From IMG/VR virus record IMGVR_UViG_2778261639_000004, positions 1 through 20,754 of that record: a stretch of 20,754 nucleotides of DNA; one strand, 5' to 3'. The stretch is from a virus (taxonomy: Duplodnaviria; Heunggongvirae; Uroviricota; Caudoviricetes). Below the pieces are notes generated by a model, which worked only from the letters and a program-made list of their open reading frames with translations, had not been told where the DNA came from and did not search any database. Made by a program: the position numbers and the translations under genes. Below are positions 8,929 through 14,878 of the stretch, one piece after another. Position 1 is the first letter of the stretch. Every line of letters begins with the position of its first letter.

Positions 8929-10692
8929 ATGAATGACGTTACAGTTCTTACATCGGTTACTTACCCATCACCCGAGTCGTTGGCTCTGGTGGCTGATGTG
9001 CAATACCACGAACCATATCTGTCAGCCGCTCTAAACCGAAAATTCAGGGGAATTGTTGACCCAGGATTTTATGCTGGTTTCTTGCCTAAGCCTGGCGGTG
9101 GAATGAACCTGTTAATCACCTCAGTGGATGGAGATAAAACCGCTGGCGCGGCGTCAGTGGATATTGGTGAATTCTACCAGGTAACTATTCAGCATCGTAA
9201 GGATATCTCTCTTGCACTTAACGCAGGCAAGAAATATGCAATTGTGCTGAAGGGAAGATACCTTCTTGGAGAAGATACCTATCAGGTGAATACCGCGTCA
9301 CATATTCATGCAGCTGAATTTGTTGCCAGAACCTATACCGATTCATATCAGTTAGGTGATGGGGAACTGCTGGTTTGTACGGTGAATATCCCTGCTGGCG
9401 TATCTACCATTACTCAAGAGATGATTGATACATCCGAGCGTATCAACCGCACGATCGGCATTGATATTTCAGACTCTGTAACCAGTACCAGAAGTGATGT
9501 TGCTGCGAGTTCGCTGGCAGTTAAAAAAGCCTACGATCTGGCGAAAAGCAAGTATACGGCGCAGGATGCAAGCACAACGCAAAAGGGATTAGTTCAGCTC
9601 AGTAGTGCCACTAACAGTACGTCCGAAGTGCTGGCCGCCACACCGAAAGCTGTCAAGGCTGCATATGACCTGGCTAACGGGAAGTATACAGCCCAGGATG
9701 CAACCACGACACAAAAAGGGATAGTTCAGCTCAGTAGCGCCACGAACAGCACGTCTGAAACGCTGGCAGCGACACCAAAAGCTGTTAAGGCGGTAATGGA
9801 TGAAACGAACAAGAAAGCACCATTAAACAGCCCGGCACTGACCGGAACGCCAACAACACCAACAGCGCCACAGGGGACTAATAGTACCCAGATCGCAAGC
9901 ACGGCTTTCGTTATGGCCGCGATTGCCGCACTTGTAGATTCGTCACCTGATGCACTGAACACGCTGAACGAACTGGCTGCGGCGCTGGGCAATGACCCGA
10001 ATTTTGCGACCACCATGACTAACGCGCTTGCGGGTAAGCAACCGAAGGATGCCACCCTGACGGCGCTGGCGGAGCTTGCTACATCAGCAGATAAACTCCC
10101 ATATTTTACAGGGGCAGATCGTGCCGCGTTAACCGCGTTGACAAGTGTTGGACGTGCCATTCTTGGTAAAACCAGCACTCAGGGAGTTCTTGATTACCTT
10201 GGTTTGGGAGAAGGTTCGGCATTACCTGTTGGTGTCCCTGTTCCATGGCCTTCCGCCACTCCGCCGACAGGCTGGCTGAAATGCAACGGTGCAGCTTTTT
10301 CTGCTGAAGAATACCCGGAACTGGCAAAGGCTTATCCGACAAATAAATTGCCTGATTTACGTGGTGAGTTTATTCGTGGCTGGGATGACGGGCGTGGAGC
10401 TGACAGTGGTCGGGGATTATTAAGCTTTCAAAAAGCCACTCTGGTTGAAAGTTTTGGTCTGGTCAGGTCATCAACCACTGGCTCTTATCGTCTGGTTACC
10501 AGACCGACAGAAACTGTTTCTGATAATACGTCTAACTATATGACGACTGATTATGATTCCCATGAAGGTTTATATTCCTCTGCAACAGCATACCCCTCTA
10601 TCGAATTGAAACCAACTGGAGCAGGCGCAGGGGCTGGTTTTAGGGTTCGACCAAGGAATATTGCATTTAACTATATTGTGAGGGCTGCATAA
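8929..10692 (+). CDS. Tail fibre protein (587 aa): constant N-terminal part plus the currently expressed variable C-terminus
   Basis: ATG at 8929 with AAGGA 8 nt upstream. Two tandem 44-aa fibre repeats (AYDLA.KYTAQDA.TTQKG.VQLSSATNSTSE.LAATPKAVKA). C-terminal collar-like motif GWLKCNGAAFS...LPDLRGEFIRGWDDGRG. The crossover site at 10187-10212 lies inside the ORF. The track start at 8842 overlaps the upstream gene and lacks a ribosome-binding site. Confidence 0.85.
   Translation: MNDVTVLTSVTYPSPESLALVADVQYHEPYLSAALNRKFRGIVDPGFYAGFLPKPGGGMNLLITSVDGDKTAGAASVDIGEFYQVTIQHRKDISLALNAGKKYAIVLKGRYLLGEDTYQVNTASHIHAAEFVARTYTDSYQLGDGELLVCTVNIPAGVSTITQEMIDTSERINRTIGIDISDSVTSTRSDVAASSLAVKKAYDLAKSKYTAQDASTTQKGLVQLSSATNSTSEVLAATPKAVKAAYDLANGKYTAQDATTTQKGIVQLSSATNSTSETLAATPKAVKAVMDETNKKAPLNSPALTGTPTTPTAPQGTNSTQIASTAFVMAAIAALVDSSPDALNTLNELAAALGNDPNFATTMTNALAGKQPKDATLTALAELATSADKLPYFTGADRAALTALTSVGRAILGKTSTQGVLDYLGLGEGSALPVGVPVPWPSATPPTGWLKCNGAAFSAEEYPELAKAYPTNKLPDLRGEFIRGWDDGRGADSGRGLLSFQKATLVESFGLVRSSTTGSYRLVTRPTETVSDNTSNYMTTDYDSHEGLYSSATAYPSIELKPTGAGAGAGFRVRPRNIAFNYIVRAA
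9529..9792 (+). repeat. Tandem duplication of a 132-bp unit (~80% identity) encoding the 44-aa fibre repeat
   Basis: Copy 1 at 9529-9660 and copy 2 at 9661-9792, read directly; in frame within the tail-fibre gene. Confidence 0.8.
10187..10212. other. Left crossover site for the DNA invertase (TTCTTGATTACCTTGGTTTGGGAGAA)
   Basis: 26-bp site inside the tail-fibre ORF. Its reverse complement shares the first 14 bp with the site at 12090-12115, and the constant/variable fibre junction (…LGLGE…) maps here. Confidence 0.6.
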
Positions 10693-11294
10693 TGGATAAC
10701 GCCATATTAAATAGCGAGATTATCGCCACCAAAGCAGGGAATATTACCGTCTATAACTATGATGGTGAAACTCGAGAATATATTTCCACTTCAAATGAAT
10801 ATCTTGCTGTTGGCGTCGGTATCCCTGCATATTCCTGTTTAGATGCCCCTGGCACACATAAGGCGGGTTATGCTATCTGCCGTTCGATAGATTTAAACTC
10901 ATGGGAATATGTGCCAGACCATCGCGGTGAAATCGTCTATAACACCGAAACGGGAGACGCCAAAGAAATCACAACTCCGGGTGATTACCCCGAAAAAACA
11001 ACCACTATCGCCCCGTTAACGCCATACGATAAATGGGATGGTGAAAAATGGGTGACAGATACTGAGGCACAACACGGTGCCGCAGTAGACGCGGCAGAAG
11101 CACAGCGCCAGTCACTGATTGATGCAGCAATGGCTTCCATCAGTCTGATTCAACTGAAATTGCAGGCCGGACGTAAACTGACGCAGGCAGAAACAACCAG
11201 ACTTAACGCTGTACTGGATTACATTGACGCGGTGACGGCAACAGATACCAGCACCGCGCCGGATGTCATCTGGCCTGAACTGCCGGAGGCGTAG
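10692..11294 (+). CDS. Tail fibre assembly protein (200 aa)
   Basis: ATG overlaps the fibre stop (TAATG). C-terminal LDYIDAV...APDVIWPELP is typical of tail fibre assembly chaperones and is shared with the inverted copy. Confidence 0.8.
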   Translation: MDNAILNSEIIATKAGNITVYNYDGETREYISTSNEYLAVGVGIPAYSCLDAPGTHKAGYAICRSIDLNSWEYVPDHRGEIVYNTETGDAKEITTPGDYPEKTTTIAPLTPYDKWDGEKWVTDTEAQHGAAVDAAEAQRQSLIDAAMASISLIQLKLQAGRKLTQAETTRLNAVLDYIDAVTATDTSTAPDVIWPELPEA

Positions 11295-11709
11295 GCCATT
11301 CAATATCTGGCGCACCGGAAGTATCGATCAGCTCCAGTGCGTCCAGATAATCCAGCCACAAATTATATTGCGCCAGTTCATCACCTTTCAGACGACCAAT
11401 AGCGGCTTTGCCGGGCCATTGCTTACTGTTCATGTATTCGTTGGCCTGGTTAATTAGTAGCTGTCTTTCTGATTCAGTAATTTCAATAAGTTCTTCATGC
11501 GTGGGTGGAGGAATATCTGCCCACGCAGGCAGCCCATCACCTCCGGCAATACGGATTTTTCCTTGTGGCGGTTCAGCCATAAATTCACTGATAATATTTT
11601 GATTCACCTCTTTAGCATCTGATAAATCCCATCCCTCTGATTTATATTTATCAATCATATCCACAGGGAAAAAAGCATTATGCCTTGCGCTATAAACATA
11701 TTCGTTCAT
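11266..11709 (-). CDS. Alternative tail fibre assembly protein (147 aa), inverted copy
   Basis: - strand ORF with ATG at 11709 and AAGGGTGA about 8 nt upstream. C-terminus LWLDYLDALELIDTSGAPDIEWPTPP parallels the + strand copy. The GTG at 11718 in the ORF track has no usable ribosome-binding site. Confidence 0.75.
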   Translation of the reverse strand: MNEYVYSARHNAFFPVDMIDKYKSEGWDLSDAKEVNQNIISEFMAEPPQGKIRIAGGDGLPAWADIPPPTHEELIEITESERQLLINQANEYMNSKQWPGKAAIGRLKGDELAQYNLWLDYLDALELIDTSGAPDIEWPTPPAVQAR

Positions 11710-11729
11710 ATAAATCACCCTTAATAAAA

Positions 11730-12115
11730 TTACTCACCAACAGCCCACCAACTGTAATTCATCGATACTGTGGAACTGGTTGATGCAGTTCTGTAAGCGG
11801 AATTAAAACCGGTTAATGTTGGACCTTCTGCGGTCATCACGAATCCCCGTCCAGCACCTAAAGGTGCACCACCATCACCAGAATGAGTAAGCATGGCGCA
11901 GTCCACTTTTTTAGGAAAAGGGATGCTGAATGTAATTCTCATTGTTTGCGTCGATAATGTCGGCGTAACCGCACCTCGACCATATTGCAGGATTTTACCG
12001 TTGGGTAATTTCATCCATCCATCACCACTGGCAAAAGAAGCCATATCCGGTATCTGATTTTCCCCTGTTCCCACATCCCGTTTTGCCGCTTCTCCCAAAC
12101 CAACGTTTAAGAAAA
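11730..12115 (-). CDS. Alternative tail-fibre C-terminal cassette, promoterless in this orientation
   Basis: - strand frame is open from the right crossover site to the stop at 11730. The frame across the site encodes …VGLGE…, matching …LGLGE… at the left site, so inversion would fuse it to the constant part of the fibre gene. Confidence 0.65.
12090..12115. other. Right crossover site (TTCTCCCAAACCAACGTTTAAGAAAA)
   Basis: Matches the Salmonella hixL sequence as I recall it at about 19/26 positions, including the AAACC…GTTT core; inverted relative to the left site; 56 bp upstream of the invertase start. Confidence 0.6.
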
Positions 12116-12170
12116 TGCAGAGATTACGGCTAACTGGCATCATCCCCGGTTTTTATTCAGGGGATCCATC

Positions 12171-12743
12171 ATGCTTATTGGCTATGTCCGCGTATCAACA
12201 AATGACCAGAATACAGAATTGCAGCGTAACGCGCTGGAGTGCGCAGGATGTGAACTGATTTTTGAAGATAAAATCAGCGGAACGAAATCAGCCAGACCGG
12301 GATTGAAAAAACTGCTCAGAACGCTATCAGAAGGAGATACGCTGGTTGTCTGGAAGCTGGACAGACTGGGCAGAAGTATGAAACACCTGATCACGCTTAT
12401 TGAGGAATTGCGGGAAAAAGGTGTTAATTTCCGTAGTCTGACGGACAGCATTGACACATCAACACCCATGGGGCGTTTCTTTTTTCACGTCATGGGAGCT
12501 TTAGCCGAAATGGAACGTGAATTAATTGTAGAGCGTACACTGGCCGGGCTGGCAGCAGCACGCGCACAAGGACGCATTGGCGGACGTCGCCCGAAGTTGA
12601 CAAAAGAACAACATGAGCAAATAGCGAGGTTGATCGAAAATGGCTACAGCAGGAAACAGTTGGCAATTATTTACGATATCGGTGTATCGACGATTTATCG
12701 TTATCATCCTGTAGAGAAGCGCCAAACTCAATCTGAGCTGTAA
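12171..12743 (+). CDS. cin: Serine-recombinase DNA invertase, Hin/Gin/Cin/Pin family (190 aa)
   Basis: N-terminus MLIGYVRVSTNDQNT with the catalytic Ser in the VRVST context, VVWKLDRLGRS, and a C-terminal HTH (GRIGGRRPK…GVSTIYRY). Adjacent to the invertible segment. The symbol cin is chosen from the P1-like context; Gin and Pin are close relatives and cannot be told apart without alignment. Confidence 0.9.
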   Translation: MLIGYVRVSTNDQNTELQRNALECAGCELIFEDKISGTKSARPGLKKLLRTLSEGDTLVVWKLDRLGRSMKHLITLIEELREKGVNFRSLTDSIDTSTPMGRFFFHVMGALAEMERELIVERTLAGLAAARAQGRIGGRRPKLTKEQHEQIARLIENGYSRKQLAIIYDIGVSTIYRYHPVEKRQTQSEL

Positions 12744-13178
12744 TTCTAATGCCGCGTCGGTGTAATTTATCTTGATAGAATAGGTACATTTATCGCGCGG
12801 CACATCAATTCGATGTATCTAGCGCCTGCTGACCGCTAATGAAAACTGTTCTCGAAATGTTGTCCCTAGTCCGAGACTAGGGTATCACCTCTGGAAAGCA
12901 TACGCAGAACCTTTTTTAACCCAGGGTGCCCAGCCTTTTTGCTGCTCGCCTTATTCGCAAAAATTAGCTCACATCCTGCGCTTTCAAGTGCTTTTCACTG
13001 CATAGCTGTGTTTTGTTCATTTGTCTATATGCGTACATAGCCTATTAGCATATTTTCTGCCCACTATCGTTATTTATTGCAAGCTACAGGTTTTAATTAA
13101 CAAAACCAGTGTGTGTGGAAATCACAAAGTGCATACCGTTCTCAAATGTTGTTCAACTTACTGTTGTATAGGTAAAAA

Positions 13179-13442
13179 ATGACATTTTATGTACATATCG
13201 TGATGTTATCCCTTCTTGGTGGGGTGTATTCGTATTTGAGTGGGCTATGTGAAAACCGTTACGAGTCTTCATGCAAGAAATTGCTGGCCGAATGTATTTC
13301 CGCCGTACTTGCTGGCTTTATTGGCATGTATCTCGCGGAATATAAGGACATGAATGAAAGCCTTCAGAGCTGCATGGTTCTTATTTTCAGCGCCAATAGC
13401 AGGCTTATTATTGAAGGTTCCAAAAGTCGGTTGAATAGGTAA
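13179..13442 (+). CDS. Possible small membrane protein (87 aa, two hydrophobic segments)
   Basis: Only ORF in the invertase-holin spacer; weak AGGT ribosome-binding site; hydrophobic stretches MLSLLGGVYSYLSGL and ISAVLAGFIGMYL. May be non-coding. Confidence 0.3.
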   Translation: MTFYVHIVMLSLLGGVYSYLSGLCENRYESSCKKLLAECISAVLAGFIGMYLAEYKDMNESLQSCMVLIFSANSRLIIEGSKSRLNR

Positions 13443-13466
13443 GTCTCTTAAGCAACAAATGACCGG

Positions 13467-13490
13467 TTGAGAAGTTACTTTGCATACCAT
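13467..13490 (+). promoter_or_regulatory. Candidate activator-dependent late promoter: ttgagaAAGTTACTTtgcaTACCAT
   Basis: Same 9-mer AAGTTACTT (13472-13480) with the same 4-bp spacing to a TAnnnT hexamer (13485-13490) as at 8434-8452; lies 29 bp upstream of the holin start. The -35-like TTGAGA is only 12 bp from the -10, so sigma-70 alone is unlikely to use it. Confidence 0.4.
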
Positions 13491-13518
13491 TACCTCCTGA
13501 CAACGTAGGAGGGAACTT

Positions 13519-13848
13519 GTGCTTGACACACAGGAATTAGCTCCAGTTGCTATTGCGCTCCTGCTTTCAGTAATTGGTGGGATAGGCACGTTCCTGATGG
13601 ATGTCCGAGACGGTCGCCAGTCTGGCAATTTGTTGGGATTGGTTACGGAGATCTTTGTTGCAGTGACAGCTGGCGCGGTGGCGTACCTATTGGGGCAACA
13701 CGAGGGCTGGGAGTTATCAATTACGTACTTAATGGTAACGATAGCCAGCAATAACGGTCATGAGGTGATTTCAGGGATGAAACGAGTGAATATCGATAGC
13801 ATTCTGAATGTTCTTACAAGTTTGGTGAAAAAGGGAGGTGGGAAATGA
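13519..13848 (+). CDS. lydA: Holin (109 aa; P1 LydA-like)
   Basis: GTG start with AGGAGGGA upstream; two to three hydrophobic helices and a charged C-terminal tail (KKGGGK). First gene after the invertase, as I recall for P1. Confidence 0.65.
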   Translation: MLDTQELAPVAIALLLSVIGGIGTFLMDVRDGRQSGNLLGLVTEIFVAVTAGAVAYLLGQHEGWELSITYLMVTIASNNGHEVISGMKRVNIDSILNVLTSLVKKGGGK

Positions 13849-14288
13849 TTGGCTGGGGTGTATGCGCTCTTGCGTTAGCCTTAGCCGATCGCTATTTGCT
13901 AAAACGCAAGGACATCACGCATTTAGAACTTGGTGATGTGGAAATTAAACCGGGTTTCATCCGGGTGCCGTTCAAATACCGGTCTAAATTCCCGTTTTTG
14001 CGCGGCGCAACGGTCAGATATTGGATCCGCGATGTTCAGAAGCCGACGACAGTGATTGAAGGCGAACAACGTTGTCTGACGTCGGCTGAACAGGGCGAAA
14101 ACAGTGAATGGTTGTACATACCCACTGAATATATGGGTAAAGGAGAGCGACTGTGGAATTTCAACGTCATGGTTACGCATGGCGACTCGTTCATTAACCC
14201 GTTGTATCGGATTTTCCCTGTTACTCAGCAAATCCGCAGAAGTTACGTAATAAATCTCGCACAGGATGTGTCAGATGACGAAAAATAA
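13845..14288 (+). CDS. lydB: Antiholin or lysis regulator (147 aa; P1 LydB-like)
   Basis: ATGA overlap with the holin stop; single N-terminal hydrophobic segment; symbol by synteny and length. Confidence 0.55.
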   Translation: MIGWGVCALALALADRYLLKRKDITHLELGDVEIKPGFIRVPFKYRSKFPFLRGATVRYWIRDVQKPTTVIEGEQRCLTSAEQGENSEWLYIPTEYMGKGERLWNFNVMVTHGDSFINPLYRIFPVTQQIRRSYVINLAQDVSDDEK

Positions 14289-14877
14289 GTATGCAACGGT
14301 CGATTTTGACCAGGTTAATGAAAAGGGGCTGAAATCCCTTATCGCGGCGATCAATAAAACTGGTGTTGCGGTAATTGAGGTTGACTCCAGCAACCGCGCA
14401 ACAACGAAAGATGGCGTTAAAGTTAAAACCGCAAAGCTGGTTCTTAACGACGGACAAATTCTTGCCATACAGGTAAACGATACTGGCGATATATCGTCTG
14501 TGAAACTGAATGGAAAAGCTATTCCTAACGCTCAGTCGCCGGATATCAAGACGCTTGGTACCGTCATGGGACAGGCGGCCCGCAAAAACTCCGCAAAATT
14601 CCAGAAATCACTGATCGCCAAAGCGAAGCGTGTTGCCAATCCGGTAGACAAGAAACCGGCAGTTAAATCCAACTTTCAGCGCCTGCAAGAAGCAAAACAG
14701 CGGAATGCTCAGGTGGTTGCCGCTTATAAATCAGCGCAGAACTCGGTGTCTTTCAATCAACAGCAGATCACTGATTTGCGGGCGAAGCTGGATAAGGAGA
14801 CAGGCCGACTCAATAACGAAAAGGCCCGAAATGGCGAACTCAAACGCCGTCTTAAGCAACTGAAAGCAGGAAATTAA
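14275..14877 (+). CDS. hdf: Short paralogue of the downstream DarA-like protein (200 aa; P1 Hdf-like)
   Basis: ATG at 14275 with AGGA 8 nt upstream (the ATG at 14266 has no spacing to it). Residues ~50-120 align with residues ~140-215 of the next protein (…NDGQILAIQV… / …SDGQTISILF…; …RKNSAKFQK… / …EKNSAKFQR…). Confidence 0.6.
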   Translation: MTKNKYATVDFDQVNEKGLKSLIAAINKTGVAVIEVDSSNRATTKDGVKVKTAKLVLNDGQILAIQVNDTGDISSVKLNGKAIPNAQSPDIKTLGTVMGQAARKNSAKFQKSLIAKAKRVANPVDKKPAVKSNFQRLQEAKQRNAQVVAAYKSAQNSVSFNQQQITDLRAKLDKETGRLNNEKARNGELKRRLKQLKAGN

Positions 14878-14878
14878 C

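Larger units (their letters stand above)
10187..12115. other. Invertible host-range segment (~1.9 kb) between inverted crossover sites
   Basis: Bounded by the two inverted 26-bp sites. Carries a variable fibre C-terminus and assembly gene on the + strand and an alternative pair on the - strand, with the invertase gene directly adjacent. Confidence 0.65.

Noticed and set aside
9529-9792. Possible CRISPR array, suggested by the tandem repeats
   Set aside because: Only two copies of a 132-bp coding unit with no spacers; it is a protein-level repeat in the fibre gene. No CRISPR-like array elsewhere.
9726-10178. 150-aa ORF on the - strand inside the tail-fibre gene
   Set aside because: Ala/Ser-rich mirror of the fibre repeats on the opposite strand; no independent support.
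11263-11602. Two 64-aa + strand ORFs (11263-11457 and 11408-11602)
   Set aside because: They lie antisense within the - strand assembly gene, whose product has a conserved C-terminus.
11709-11718. GTG start at 11718 for the inverted assembly gene
   Set aside because: The only Shine-Dalgarno-like sequence (AAGGGTGA) is correctly spaced for the ATG at 11709, not for the GTG.
12171-12743. Transposase or IS element
   Set aside because: The protein is a small serine invertase of the Hin/Gin family with flanking inverted crossover sites, not a transposase; no IS terminal repeats were seen.
12839-12880. 13-codon ORF (MKTVLEMLSLVRD) in the spacer
   Set aside because: Too short, no ribosome-binding site, and it ends inside the palindrome; likely chance.
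14266-14274. ATG at 14266 as the start of the Hdf-like gene
   Set aside because: The AGGA overlaps that ATG with no spacing; the ATG at 14275 has proper spacing.
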